Positions 1 to 10,120 are shown, counted from the stretch's first letter. The stretch is 64,000 bases of DNA from Myxococcales bacterium FL481 (GCA_006508105.1 QKPP01000152.1:15388-79387); one strand, 5' to 3'. The notes: generated by a model not told the origin, from the letters alone. A program made the numbers and translations.

Positions 1-804
1 TGCGTCACCTCCCGAGATCCACGGAGTGCCGTGCTCGTCGAGGGCGAGGCCGTAGAAGATCCCGGCGCCGTCATGGAACCACCGGTCGACTTCAAGGGAG
101 TCACTGTCGACCCGCACCAGGCTGGGGGCGAATTTGCTGATCCCCCACAGGTTGTCGTTCGCATCGACCGCGGCCGCGTACATGCCATAGCGTCGGTTGT
201 CGTTCCACCCCGGGATCTCGATCTCATCGAGCGTTTCACCGTCTGCCTCAGCGAGACGGGCCACCGAGATGAAGGGCTGCTCGCCGCCCCAGCTGACCCA
301 CAAACGGGGCGGGAACTGCCCGTCCCAGGCCAGCGCACGTGGCCCGGCCGGTGTCGACTCTCGGGCCGTGATGCCCGGCAGCCGCCGATGCCACAACAGG
401 CACTCATCCTCCGCAAACGCCAGCTGATCATCTGGACCTTGTGAGGTGGTCACGCGGCCGTCGTCGTTGCGGTCACGACAACCGGCTTGATGACCCGAGA
501 AGTAAACCACGCTGCCCCCACGATTGGCGACTGCCGCGTGGCCCAGGAGGTTCACGCTGATGCGCGACGGGCTGGCGAACGCGGCCGCGTCGGTGGCATA
601 GCGAGCCTGGGCCGTGTCGCGGAATGTGTCGATGCGGGTGACCGAGTCGTGCTCGGTATTCGCAATCCACAGGGGCTCGGCGAAGCCGGGGGACAGGTCG
701 AGGTCGACCACTGGCGGCGCCTGGTATGCGTAAGGCGAGCGGCCACAGCCCAGCCCAAGCACGACGAGCCCCACGGCGCAGGCGTCGAGTCGACTCCGCA
801 GCAC
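1..804 (-). CDS. Hypothetical lipoprotein, 3'-partial (continues past the left edge)
   Basis: Not in the ORF track because it has no stop inside the window. My reverse-strand translation from GTG at 804 (in-frame TAG at 814-816 upstream) reads VLRSRLDACAVGLVVLGLGCGRSPYAYQ...WIANTEHDSVTRIDTF...WGISKFAPSLVRVDSDSLEVDRWFHDGAGIFYGLALDEHGTPWISGGDA. It stays open for 268 codons to nt 1. It has a signal peptide plus lipobox (LGLGC). Track ORFs 31..444(+), 473..820(-) and 552..842(-) look like Arg/Pro-rich shadows. Confidence 0.7.
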   Translation of the reverse strand, partial: MLRSRLDACAVGLVVLGLGCGRSPYAYQAPPVVDLDLSPGFAEPLWIANTEHDSVTRIDTFRDTAQARYATDAAAFASPSRISVNLLGHAAVANRGGSVVYFSGHQAGCRDRNDDGRVTTSQGPDDQLAFAEDECLLWHRRLPGITARESTPAGPRALAWDGQFPPRLWVSWGGEQPFISVARLAEADGETLDEIEIPGWNDNRRYGMYAAAVDANDNLWGISKFAPSLVRVDSDSLEVDRWFHDGAGIFYGLALDEHGTPWISGGDA

Positions 805-976
805 TCGCTGGATCTAGCACCGCGATCGTGACGGGGAATCAAGCGATCCGGGACGCCTCGAGCCGTGGGCGCCCGGGTCTGAGGTGACCACGGTTCATGA
901 GGTCTGATTCGACCTCGACGCCAGATCTCGGCCCAGGGGGCGAGCGTGGTGTTGGCTTGCGGCTCGAACTCGTCGG

Positions 977-1918
977 TCAGTCGAGCTCAATGACGAGCTT
1001 GTAGTCGCCGCCGCCGAACCGTTGCTGATCGACCGCTAAGTACGTGGTCCAATCGGGGCTTCCGCCGACGTATTCAAGGGTCTCGAACTCGTCCGCTTCT
1101 TCCTCACGGATGCATCGGTATTGGTCCATGCCAGCGCAACTGTGTCCGAGACTCAGCACGCTCCAAAAGTCGGCATGATCGAGACGAGCGCGAAGGCGCC
1201 CAGCGCTGGGGAACGTGAGTCGAAACATCTGCTCGGCGCCCGGTCCACCGCAACGACCATTGGCGAATCCCTGGCGGGACGGGAGGGTGCCCTCATACTC
1301 GAAGCGCAGGTTCTCCCGCAGATCGACCTCGATCACATTGTCGAGGCATCGCTCCCCGACCGCGTCAATGCCGGTACGCAGCTCGAACAAGTAGCTGCCA
1401 CGACTCCCCGGCGGAGAGTCCACGAAGATGTAGTAGTCGTACTCGGGGACGGCGAACCAACTGGCGCCGGGCGGTCGCTGGCCGTCCAATGGCAGGCACA
1501 CGTCGGTCTCCTCATCCGACGCGGTGCAGTCGGCGGGTTCTCCTTTGTCGACCCTGGTGACGCGCAGCGATGGCACGAAGTCGGTGTGGGCCGGATCGAA
1601 GCGAATACTGACGTCGATCGGCTGGGGCACGGAGAAGCGGTAGACGTCTTCGGGTCCTGCGTCTGCGCCACAAACGCCACTCGCTTGAGAGCAGCCCTGC
1701 AACTCCCGTTCACGGCGTACGCCCGACTCAAACGGCAGCTCCAGCGGTTGGTCGCAGCTGCCCGGACGGGCGGAGTGGTCTGCGCCCGTGCCCGTGCCGC
1801 CGAGTCCCTCTTCTTCAACGCAGATGTAGAAGCTGTCGGTGGCGTCGGTGCGGAGACCACAAGCCGTCAGGGTGCACATGGCGAGGGCGGCCTGAGTGTG
1901 GAACGCGGCACAACGCAT
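977..1918 (-). CDS. Secreted lipoprotein with two PPC-like beta-sandwich repeats, hypothetical
   Basis: ATG at 1918 inside track ORF 977..2968 gives MRCAAFHTQAALAMCTLTAC (lipobox LTAC). Two internally similar halves: EDVYRFSVPQPIDVSIRF...YYIFVDSPPGSRGSYLFEL and EQMFRLTFPSAGRLRARL...TYLAVDQQRFGGGDYKLVIEL. The upstream 350 codons of the track ORF are Arg-rich antisense of the next gene. Confidence 0.75.
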   Translation of the reverse strand: MRCAAFHTQAALAMCTLTACGLRTDATDSFYICVEEEGLGGTGTGADHSARPGSCDQPLELPFESGVRRERELQGCSQASGVCGADAGPEDVYRFSVPQPIDVSIRFDPAHTDFVPSLRVTRVDKGEPADCTASDEETDVCLPLDGQRPPGASWFAVPEYDYYIFVDSPPGSRGSYLFELRTGIDAVGERCLDNVIEVDLRENLRFEYEGTLPSRQGFANGRCGGPGAEQMFRLTFPSAGRLRARLDHADFWSVLSLGHSCAGMDQYRCIREEEADEFETLEYVGGSPDWTTYLAVDQQRFGGGDYKLVIELD

Positions 1919-2049
1919 GAAAGAAAGATACCAGCTCGCCTTTCCGTGTGGCGCAGATCCTCCGCGATGGGTGTCGATCCTGGCGCGTTTGGAGGCCGGG
2001 TTCGAATTCGGCGAGGTATGGAACCCCCAGGAACGGGGAGCAGCTGGCG

Positions 2050-3540
2050 CTACGGGATCTTCTGGGCGGGGGTCTGATCGACGCTGGCGGTCCACGTTGG
2101 TGTTTCCGTGGGGTGGCGTCGGCCGTGGCGGGGACCCGCGAGGGCTTTGACCACGCCGTCGAGCATTTCGACCTGGTCCGCTCGCAATAGCGAGACGACG
2201 CCACCGTCCATGCGTAGTCTCAGTCGGGTGGTCCCGTCGCCAGGGAGGGCGAGCGCCAGCCAGGCCCAGTCCTGCACCGGTTGTCCAACTTGAATGACCA
2301 CCACGCCGCCGTGCTCGATGTCGAACCCAGTGACGCCGGCTTCGACGAGCGCCGCCTCCAACGGCTCGCGTAGTCGATGCCACCATGCGGGACCGGCAGA
2401 TGGTCCCGCTTCCTCGCACAAAGCCGCGACCTGGATACGAAGCTGGTCGAGTGCGTGGCGCTGACGGGTGCGGCGACGCGCTGCGGTGCCGGTCGGTTCC
2501 GTCAACAGCACGCGGTGGTACCCGAGCAGCCCGCATAGCGTGGCGACCAGCAGCAAGGCCAGCACGAGCGTCCATTGCCCGCTGGCGCCGACGACAGTGA
2601 GGTACGCTAGCGTGGCGAATGCCAACGCGACCCCAGTGAGCATCGCCGCGGAGGCGCGGTGGGAAAAACCCCGGGCGAGCAGTCGATGATGGACATGATC
2701 CGAGTCGCCCACGAAGACCGATTGCCCCCGTACCGCGCGACGGGTCACGGCCAGTCCCATGTCGAGCAGCGGCAGCGCGAGCGTGAGTAAGGGAATCGCG
2801 GCGTGCGTGAGCCACATCCGGGGTCGGCTCGGGCGGACCTCGAACAACACCGCGACGAGCAGGAAGCCAAGAAAGTAAGCGCCGGTGTCCCCCATGAAGA
2901 CCCGTGCGGGATGGCGGTTGAACACCAGAAAGCCGGCGACGGCGCCCACCGCAGCGCACGCCAGCCACGAGATCTCGGCGGGTACGGTGTCGGGTATCCA
3001 GGCGCTGGCGCAGACGACTAGAAAGCCCGCTGCGAGGTTGCCCCCGGCCAGACCATCGAGGCCGTCTACGAAGTTGATCGCGTTGGTGACCGCGAGCACG
3101 AATACGCCGGTGAGCACGAGGGAGGCGAGGTTGCGGTCGAACAGACGCTCGAGCGCTTCCCAGCGCACGCCTCCGTACACGGCGGCCGCGACCACGATCG
3201 CTTGCAAGAGCAACTTCGATCGCGGTCGAAGCCCGAATAGATCGTCAGCCAGTCCGATCACGGCCATGCCACTGGCACCGACCACAATGCCGTGTCGCGA
3301 CGCGACGTCGGCTCCGCCGAGCCAGTCGGTGGACGCGTCGATCACGAAGAGCGCGCCGAGGGCCAGCGCCATGACCAGTCCGCCGACGCGTGGAATCTGG
3401 CCGCTGTGAATCTTCCGCAGCGATCGCTCATCGTCGCGGCCCCCGAGCCGCTGCCACAGTCGGGCGGCGCCGGGCATCATCAATGCCACCAGCACAAAAG
3501 CGAGGCAGGCCGCGAGCAAAGGCGAGGGGATCGTTTGCAT
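2050..3540 (-). CDS. Polyprenyl-phosphate sugar-1-phosphate transferase (MraY/WecA/WbpL family, glycosyltransferase family 4) with a ~130-aa C-terminal soluble extension
   Basis: Multi-TM protein with family motifs: IPRVGGL, NAINFVDGLDGLAGG, VFMGDTGAYFLGF, VFVGDSDHVHHRLL. Its ATG at 3540 overlaps the TAA of the upstream GT gene by 1 nt (TAATG). Confidence 0.9.
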   Translation of the reverse strand: MQTIPSPLLAACLAFVLVALMMPGAARLWQRLGGRDDERSLRKIHSGQIPRVGGLVMALALGALFVIDASTDWLGGADVASRHGIVVGASGMAVIGLADDLFGLRPRSKLLLQAIVVAAAVYGGVRWEALERLFDRNLASLVLTGVFVLAVTNAINFVDGLDGLAGGNLAAGFLVVCASAWIPDTVPAEISWLACAAVGAVAGFLVFNRHPARVFMGDTGAYFLGFLLVAVLFEVRPSRPRMWLTHAAIPLLTLALPLLDMGLAVTRRAVRGQSVFVGDSDHVHHRLLARGFSHRASAAMLTGVALAFATLAYLTVVGASGQWTLVLALLLVATLCGLLGYHRVLLTEPTGTAARRRTRQRHALDQLRIQVAALCEEAGPSAGPAWWHRLREPLEAALVEAGVTGFDIEHGGVVVIQVGQPVQDWAWLALALPGDGTTRLRLRMDGGVVSLLRADQVEMLDGVVKALAGPRHGRRHPTETPTWTASVDQTPAQKIP

Positions 3541-4670
3541 TAGGGCGACGCCCCGGGCACCGTCGGGTCATCGCGAAGCACGTTCGCGTACAGCGAAAGC
3601 GTAGCTCGAACCGTGCGCCCGATCGCAAACTCGCGTTGCACCAGCGCACGCGCCGCTGCGCCGAGGCGAGCGCGGCGATTGGGGTCGTAGACGAGCTCTT
3701 CGATCGCCCGGGCGAGGGCGAGCGGGCTGCGAGGTTCGATCAGCAGGCCCGTGACACCGTGGAGACAGACCTCGCGGCACCCCGGCACGTCGGTGGCGAT
3801 CAACGGGAGTCCGGTTGCGGCGGCTTCGAGCAGCGCTTTCGGCAACCCCTCGCGGTAACTAGGGAGCGCGACAATCTGGGCGCGACGCAACGCGGTCGGC
3901 ATGTCCTCGGTGTGCCCCCACCATTGCACGCCCGTCTCGTCGCACAAGCGGGTCAATTGTTGGGGCGGCAGGCCGCTGGGATTGCCCGGATCGCTGCGTC
4001 CGAGCAACACCATGCGCACGTCAACTCCCCGTTTTGCCAGGATCTCGCTGGCCCGGCAAAACTCGAGCACCCCTTTGTCCGCGAGCATCCGAGCCGGCAG
4101 AACGACGAGTGGCGGCCCTGCCTCCGGCGGACCTGGTCGAAATCGCTCGGTGTCGACCCCCGCGCCACGGATGAGAGAAGTGGCGCCGAGTTCGACCAGT
4201 CCGAGCCTTACGAAGAGCTCCCGATCGTCCGGGTTTTCAAACTGCGTCCAGGTCCGGTTTCGGCGCAAGGCCAGCCGGAACAGGCGTTGCATGACGCCGG
4301 GCACCAGCCCGCCAGATGGATCGACAAAAGCGGAGCCGAGACCGCTAATCGTGTTGATGACCGCCGTGCTCATGCCGCGCGCGGCGAGCGAACCGTAGAT
4401 CACCAGCTTGGGAGTGATGTGGTGCAACAGGGTGGGGCGATGGCGCCGATACCCGCGTCGCAGTCGCCACAAGGCCAACGCTTCGGTCGCCGGATGGATG
4501 CCGTCCCGAGAGATCGCCAAGGGGATGAGCGAAAACCCCTCGTTGTGCAGGTTCGACCCGGCATCCGAGACCCGGGTACAAACCGCGACGCGCATGCCGG
4601 CATCTCGAGCGGCACGCCCCAGTGCGAGAAAGTGTGATGCAAAAAACCAGTCGTCGCTGATGACGAACAT
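3540..4670 (-). CDS. Glycosyltransferase, GT-B fold (CAZy GT4 / Glycos_transf_1 type)
   Basis: C-terminal donor-binding motif PSYREGLPKALLEAAATGLPLIATDVPGCREVCLHGVTGLL. N-terminus MFVISDDWFFASHFLALGRAARDAGMRVAV is typical of this family. Start placed at ATG 4670; the track ORF extends to 4742, so the start is uncertain. Confidence 0.85.
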   Translation of the reverse strand: MFVISDDWFFASHFLALGRAARDAGMRVAVCTRVSDAGSNLHNEGFSLIPLAISRDGIHPATEALALWRLRRGYRRHRPTLLHHITPKLVIYGSLAARGMSTAVINTISGLGSAFVDPSGGLVPGVMQRLFRLALRRNRTWTQFENPDDRELFVRLGLVELGATSLIRGAGVDTERFRPGPPEAGPPLVVLPARMLADKGVLEFCRASEILAKRGVDVRMVLLGRSDPGNPSGLPPQQLTRLCDETGVQWWGHTEDMPTALRRAQIVALPSYREGLPKALLEAAATGLPLIATDVPGCREVCLHGVTGLLIEPRSPLALARAIEELVYDPNRRARLGAAARALVQREFAIGRTVRATLSLYANVLRDDPTVPGASP

Positions 4671-4793
4671 GATCGATTGCCCACTCAACGCATAGAGCGA
4701 ATCTGCGTCGGCGAAACCAACCATGTGGCTCAAGGCTAGCACGCGTGTGTTCTCTAGGTTGACACCGGCCAGTCGATCTTCGAGTCTGCAACG

Positions 4794-5474
4794 GTGTCGC
4801 CCTCGCTGGGTCCCCCGCTGGTCGAGATTGGACGCGCCGCGGCGCAGCGATCTTCCGAGTCACGGTCAGAGCGGTGGTTGTTGCTCGATGACGTGGCCGC
4901 CGCTGCCGATTCACGGGTTGAGATTGTCCGGTTCGCATCGCAACCCAGCGCGGGCGCATGGTCGGGTACGGCCGACCGTCTGCCGTTCGCGGACTGGTCG
5001 TTCGATGGCGCCGCGATGCGGGCCGGTTACCCACAGCTGGTTTCGTTGACCCAGTGCCTTGCGAGTCTGGTGCGGGTGGTTCGGATCGGCGGGGCGATCG
5101 TCGTCCCCCGTTGTCTGGGGGGCTCGGGTCCTCGCTCAGGCCAAGCCGGATGGCTCCGGGCGCTCGGTGAGGCGGTGTTGGGTTGGACGCCGGAGGCGAT
5201 CTTGCTGCACCACGCGGCGTTGTTCGGACTGCGCTTGGCCACCGGAGAGCGCGAAGATCGGGACTATCTCGTGTTTCGCCGGCGCGACCCCGGCCATGTC
5301 GCCATCGACGGCGCGACTCCACCGCGGGCGGACCCGCTGAAGTTGCGCTGTATCCACTGCGGGGCGACGTACCGCTACCGCCAGCGCGAGCTCAGGTGCC
5401 GCGAATGCGGCCATCGGCCAAACGGGCCGACTCCGTTGCGCACGGTGGGTACGTTGCCGCCGGGACGATCGTAG
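4794..5474 (+). CDS. Hypothetical protein: degenerate class-I methyltransferase-like core plus C-terminal zinc ribbon
   Basis: RLPFADWSFDGAAM...LASLVRVVRIGGAIVV resembles the post-I to III motifs of Methyltransf_11-type proteins. No clear GxGxG SAM loop is present (LLLDDVAAAAD). C-terminus LRCIHCGATYRYRQRELRCRECGH has two CxxC pairs. Start uncertain. Confidence 0.55.
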   Translation: MSPSLGPPLVEIGRAAAQRSSESRSERWLLLDDVAAAADSRVEIVRFASQPSAGAWSGTADRLPFADWSFDGAAMRAGYPQLVSLTQCLASLVRVVRIGGAIVVPRCLGGSGPRSGQAGWLRALGEAVLGWTPEAILLHHAALFGLRLATGEREDRDYLVFRRRDPGHVAIDGATPPRADPLKLRCIHCGATYRYRQRELRCRECGHRPNGPTPLRTVGTLPPGRS

Positions 5475-5553
5475 CGCGCTCTCACGGCGCGGCTGTCGGC
5501 ACCGGTACCACCACCGGTCGCGGAACGACCGGCTCCGCGGGGGCGAGCGTGGT

Positions 5554-6438
5554 CTAGAAGCGAGCAGACAGGCCGACGCCGGCATAGCCGGGTGCGATGG
5601 CCGGGACAACCGCGAGGTTCGAGCGGCTCCGGCGAGCGCCGACGACGAGCAAGGCGATCCCCGCTCCGAGCAGGATGGGGGTTGCGATGGCCCCAATAAT
5701 CGCGCGGCCATTGGCCGCTTCGCCGTCGTCGTGCAGCTTGGCCAATTCGTCCCACTCGTCTTGGGTGACGTTCTCTTGTTTCTGAAGAGCGTCGTCCTCG
5801 GTGCGGAATTCCTCGTTCAGCTGGTAGCTTTGCACCAGCGAGATCGTCATGAACGTGCCCGCTCCCAGTCCGAGTGCGCTGGTGACGATTCCGGCGACGA
5901 CCAGTCCCTTGCCGGATGAACTCGGTGGTCCGGCATCGGTGGGCTCGCTGGGGGAGGGGGCCGCGGCCGCCGAGTCCGCCTCGTCGCCAGACGCCTCGTC
6001 GTCGGGCTCGTCCTCTTCCTCGGCGCTCTCGAGGGCGTTTTCTAAGCGCCGCTTCATCTCGATCACGGCCTCGCTGAGGCGGGCCTCGCCGTCGTACGCG
6101 GATTCGAGGCTTTGCGCGTAGCGCTCGAGCAGGCGCGCAGCCGCTCGCAGATGATCCACTTTGCGGGTTTCGACGAACGCCTCCATGTAGGCGGACAGGG
6201 CGGACACCAAGATCTGCGCGCGCGTGCTGTTGGTATCGTCGTTTTCTTCCATCAAGTCGAGCGCCTTGCCCCATGCTCGGGCGGCGCCGAGATAGTCGCC
6301 GTTGGCGAACGCGCTATCGCCTTCGGCGTACAGCGTCTCGACATCATCCGGCTGGGCCGCGGCGGCGACGGTGGGCGCCGAGGTAGCGAACAGGCCTAGC
6401 GCCACGATGGTGGCGACAAAACGGTAAGCGATCCGCAT
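5554..6438 (-). CDS. Secreted / membrane-anchored hypothetical protein (helical N-domain, acidic linker, two C-terminal TM spans)
   Basis: ATG 6438 gives MRIAYRFVATIVALGLFATSAPTVAAAAQ (signal peptide). Contains an acidic low-complexity stretch EEEDEPDDEASGDEAD. Hydrophobic spans: GLVVAGIVTSALGLGAGTFMTI and AIIGAIATPILLGAGIALLVV. The rest of track ORF 5554..6924 is judged non-coding. Confidence 0.7.
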   Translation of the reverse strand: MRIAYRFVATIVALGLFATSAPTVAAAAQPDDVETLYAEGDSAFANGDYLGAARAWGKALDLMEENDDTNSTRAQILVSALSAYMEAFVETRKVDHLRAAARLLERYAQSLESAYDGEARLSEAVIEMKRRLENALESAEEEDEPDDEASGDEADSAAAAPSPSEPTDAGPPSSSGKGLVVAGIVTSALGLGAGTFMTISLVQSYQLNEEFRTEDDALQKQENVTQDEWDELAKLHDDGEAANGRAIIGAIATPILLGAGIALLVVGARRSRSNLAVVPAIAPGYAGVGLSARF

Positions 6439-6646
6439 CTGTGTACTCGCAGTAAGGGAGCTTGAAGTATCACGAGCGCCCCGCCTTCGCACGGGGGCCG
6501 ACTCGGGCCGAGCCCCATCTGCGCACCGTGCGTGGGGCCGCTGCGGGCTCGCCTCGGCCGCAGAGCCGCGGCCGATCGCCAGATGTGGTGGTGGCGGCGT
6601 GGAAGTCTCGCATCCGAGTAAACTTGCCGGGTTGTTGTCCTCCACG

Positions 6647-7714
6647 ATGCACCGGCCCGCTCTCGTGTCCGCGCCGCGGGGCATTCCCCAAGTCGTCGGT
6701 CCTCGGCTGAGCGTGGCGCCGATGATGAATGTGACAGATCGGCACTTTCGTGTGCTGATGCGCGGCATCACAACCCGGACTTGGCTGTACACCGAAATGC
6801 TCACCACGGCCTCGTTGCTCCAGGATCGCGGTCCGGCGCTTCTGCAGGTGGAGCCGGTGGAGCCGCCGCTTGTGCTGCAGCTCGGCGGGGACGATCCCTC
6901 GGCCCTCGCGCGTTGTGCGACCATGGCTCGCCGGCGTGCCTACGCCGAGCTGAATCTCAACGTCGGTTGTCCCAGTGCGAGCGTGCGCAGTGGAGGATTC
7001 GGCGCGGCGTTGATGTTGCGACCGGCTCGGGTCGCGGACTGCGTTCGGGCAATGTCCGACGCGTTTGGTGCTCGGGTGACGGTCAAGCACCGTCTCGGTG
7101 TCGATGGTCGCGAGTCCTTTCAGTCGCTCATCGACTTCGTCGGGGCCGTCGCCGCGGCAGGGGCGGCGCGATTCATTGTGCACGCTCGCGTCGCGCGTCT
7201 GTCGGGACTCTCGCCGCGGCAAAACCGGCAGGTTCCGCCATTGCGACCGGACTGGGTCCACGCGCTCAAGGGTTGGTTTCCCCACGTGCCGATTGAGATC
7301 AACGGCGAGATTCGCAGCCTGGCACAGGCTGAGCGGTATTTGCACCAGCTCGACGGCGTGATGATCGGCCGCGCGGCTCGCGAGGCGCCCATGCTGTTTG
7401 CCGACGTGGACTCGCGTGTCAGCCCTGAGCGGGTCGAGCCCCCCACACGACGCCAGGTGGTCCGCCGCTATCGCAGCTGGCTTTCGCGCGAGCTCGTGGC
7501 TGGGACGTCTCCGCTGCTACTTCTCCGTCCACTTCAGCATCTTTATTCGGGATGTCCTGGGGCACGCCGATGGCGGCGGGCGTTGGCGAGGATCGACCGG
7601 CACTCGCCCGGCGATACGATCGTGCGGCAATTAGACGACGCCATCGACGAGGTCGAACGCCTGCACGCGACCGCACGGAGCCATCGGCTCGGCGAGACCG
7701 TCTGCGTTCGCTGA
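6647..7714 (+). CDS. dusA: tRNA-dihydrouridine synthase A
   Basis: LSVAPMMNVTDRHFR, ELNLNVGCPS (catalytic Cys loop), VTVKHRLG, FIVHAR, NGEI...DGVMIGRAA. The layout is DusA-type. ATG 6647 chosen within track ORF 6599..7714. Confidence 0.9.
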   Translation: MHRPALVSAPRGIPQVVGPRLSVAPMMNVTDRHFRVLMRGITTRTWLYTEMLTTASLLQDRGPALLQVEPVEPPLVLQLGGDDPSALARCATMARRRAYAELNLNVGCPSASVRSGGFGAALMLRPARVADCVRAMSDAFGARVTVKHRLGVDGRESFQSLIDFVGAVAAAGAARFIVHARVARLSGLSPRQNRQVPPLRPDWVHALKGWFPHVPIEINGEIRSLAQAERYLHQLDGVMIGRAAREAPMLFADVDSRVSPERVEPPTRRQVVRRYRSWLSRELVAGTSPLLLLRPLQHLYSGCPGARRWRRALARIDRHSPGDTIVRQLDDAIDEVERLHATARSHRLGETVCVR

Positions 7715-7909
7715 CCGAACCGGCGCGCTGGCGTCGGCGGGGCATCGCGTCGACGTGGCGCGCGTTGTGTCAACGCGATCGGATCGCGGGCGGGGTCGGC
7801 GGGGCAGCGCGTGGACGGTGGGCACGGCCAGCGACTGTCGGCCTCGAGCGTGGCGACGCGGCCGAACCGGCAAGTACCGGTGGTTTGGATCGGCCGGTCC
7901 CGGTCTTTG

Positions 7910-8620
7910 TCAGGACGCTTGCACCTCGGCGATGTACTCGCGGGTGACCGTCCCATCGTCGGGGTCGACGACGAACACGTTGGCTTCGCCCGTCGAGCCG
8001 TCGAAGCGCATCAGCAGCCAAAACTCAATGCACCAGCGCTCACACTGCGCCAGCGCGGGGGGCACCCATCCGACAAGCATGGCGGCACCCAAGCTGGCGT
8101 CGGCCCGGGTCTCCAGCGCGGCTTGGTACGGAGGGTGGCTCTCGAGTGCTTCGCGGGCGGCCTCAAGCTGGGTCTCGAGGACCTGACGCCGCCAGTTGCT
8201 GGAGAACACGACGTCGCCAATCGTACCCGTTTGCGGGCGGTAGGTCGCCAGGTAGACCTCGTCGGCGACCAGTTCGCCGTAGTCGGGCAGGTCGAACTCG
8301 GGGAATAGATTGTCCTTTTCGATCTGCTCGTCGATGGTGGCTCGAGCTCGGGCAAATGTGTCGCCGCGCGATGGGTCGTAGATGCCGAACACGCGCAAGA
8401 TGAGTTGTTCGCTGGGCAGGCGGTGGTCCCAGTCGAGTACCGCCCATGCGTCGACGTAGTCTGCCGCCCCGAAGGGTACGAGGTCGGGGAAGGCTGCGAT
8501 CAGCTGCGCAAGCGCGTCGCCGGTCGGGGCGAGGGCCTGATCGGAAACGCGCACGTGGATGGCGAGTTGCTCTAGGGCCCGCGCGACTCGAGGGTGTTGA
8601 GAAAGCTCGCTCATGGCCAC
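7910..8620 (-). CDS. Hypothetical acidic cytoplasmic protein
   Basis: 236-aa ORF of ordinary composition with no motif I recognise. It starts 2 nt after the murA stop, so it is probably co-transcribed. Confidence 0.7.
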   Translation of the reverse strand: MAMSELSQHPRVARALEQLAIHVRVSDQALAPTGDALAQLIAAFPDLVPFGAADYVDAWAVLDWDHRLPSEQLILRVFGIYDPSRGDTFARARATIDEQIEKDNLFPEFDLPDYGELVADEVYLATYRPQTGTIGDVVFSSNWRRQVLETQLEAAREALESHPPYQAALETRADASLGAAMLVGWVPPALAQCERWCIEFWLLMRFDGSTGEANVFVVDPDDGTVTREYIAEVQAS

Positions 8621-8622
8621 GG

Positions 8623-9894
8623 CTAAGCGGGGGCGTCGTGATGGCGCTCGATATCGGCGCCAAGTGCCTGCAAGCGGGTTTCGATGCGCTCGTAGCCGCG
8701 ATCGATATGGTACACGCGACGAATCTCGGTCCTACCCTCCGCGATCAGGCCGGCCAACACCAGCGACGCACTCGCGCGGAGATCGGTCGCCATCACCGTC
8801 GAGCCGGTATACTGGGCGGGGCCCCGCACGATCGCGGTATTGCCATTGACCACGATATCGGCGCCGAGTCGATTGAGCTCCGGCACATGCATGAATCGGT
8901 TCTCGAAAATGGTCTCCGTGATGGCCGACCGCCCATGGGCTGCGCTGGCCAGCACGGTCAGTTGGGCTTGCATGTCGGTGGGAAACCCCGGATGAGGACG
9001 CGTGACCACATCCACCGGCTTGAGGCGCTCGGGGGCGACCACCCGCAAGTTGCCGCCCTCGGCTTCACACCGGGTGCCCGTTTGCTGGATCTTGGCGATC
9101 ACGGCTTGCATGTACTCAACCGGGGCATCGCGGAGCAGGACATCACCTCCGGTCAACGCGGCTGCGACCATGAATGTACCCGCTTCGATCCGATCCGGTA
9201 GCACCGCATGATCGACCCCGTCGAGTCGGTCGACCCCCTCGATCAGCACGGTTGGCGTGCCAGCGCCCGAGATTTTCGCGCCCATCTTGTTGAGCACAAT
9301 GGCCAGCTCCTGCACCTCCGGTTCCCGGGCGGCGTTTTCGAGCCGGCTGGTGCCGTTGGCCAGGGCGGCGGCCATCATCACGTTTTGGGTGCCCCCGACG
9401 GTCACGGTGTCGAATACGAAGTCCGCTCCCCGGAGGCGATCGGCTCGGAGGTCGACGTAGCCGTGACGCAACGTGATCTGTGCGCCGAGCGCTTCCAAAC
9501 CTTTGAGATGCTGATCAATGGGGCGGGCCCCGATGGCGCACCCGCCAGGCAACGAAATACGCGTGCGGCCGAAGCGAGCGAGCAACGGCCCCATGACCGT
9601 GACGGAGGCTCGCATGGTCTTGACCAGCTCGTAGGGGGCTTCGAACGTTCCCTGAGCCACTCCGCGAGGATCCAGCGTCAGCGTCCGCTCGTCGGCGTAC
9701 GAGCACTCGCACCCGAGGCTGCGCAGCAGCCTGACCATGGTGGCCACATCCGTCAGCGCGGGCAGGTGACGAAACGTGGTCGGGCGGTCACCGACTAGCG
9801 CCGCACACATCAACGGCAGCGCCGCGTTCTTGGCCCCCAGAATCTGGACCTCGCCAGAAAGGCGCTTTCCCCCGTGGATGACGATTTTGTCCAT
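8623..9894 (-). CDS. murA: UDP-N-acetylglucosamine 1-carboxyvinyltransferase
   Basis: ATG 9894 gives [29 protein letters not shown]. Active-site loop [26 protein letters not shown]. About 423 aa, the typical MurA length. The track ORF's N-terminal 49 codons are judged non-coding. Confidence 0.95.
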   Translation of the reverse strand: MDKIVIHGGKRLSGEVQILGAKNAALPLMCAALVGDRPTTFRHLPALTDVATMVRLLRSLGCECSYADERTLTLDPRGVAQGTFEAPYELVKTMRASVTVMGPLLARFGRTRISLPGGCAIGARPIDQHLKGLEALGAQITLRHGYVDLRADRLRGADFVFDTVTVGGTQNVMMAAALANGTSRLENAAREPEVQELAIVLNKMGAKISGAGTPTVLIEGVDRLDGVDHAVLPDRIEAGTFMVAAALTGGDVLLRDAPVEYMQAVIAKIQQTGTRCEAEGGNLRVVAPERLKPVDVVTRPHPGFPTDMQAQLTVLASAAHGRSAITETIFENRFMHVPELNRLGADIVVNGNTAIVRGPAQYTGSTVMATDLRASASLVLAGLIAEGRTEIRRVYHIDRGYERIETRLQALGADIERHHDAPA

Positions 9895-10120
9895 GAACGG
9901 TCGCCGGACGCCGGTTCGCCCCACGGATATTCCGTTGACGCCTCGGTCGCGCCAGCTTACCCGTGAATACGCAGGATCGGGCGCGGAACATGCGCCGCTC
10001 ACCGATCCCCGGGCTTCGTGGGCGACGAGTTTCGACAGCAATGGTTGGAATGCGAATCGAGGATCCGATGTCGACCCCAGTCGATCCCCCGGTCGCCGGC
10101 AATTGCCGTAAAATCAGCGC

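Noticed and set aside
1998-2009. gggttcgaattc, resembling a tRNA T-loop (GGTTCGAAT)
   Set aside because: The flanking bases do not form a 5-bp T-stem (gccgg versus tcggc), and no acceptor or anticodon arms could be built. I found no tRNA anywhere in the window.
1919-2968. N-terminal 350 codons of track ORF 977..2968
   Set aside because: Arg-rich nonsense that overlaps the WecA-like gene in another frame. A clean lipoprotein signal begins at ATG 1918.
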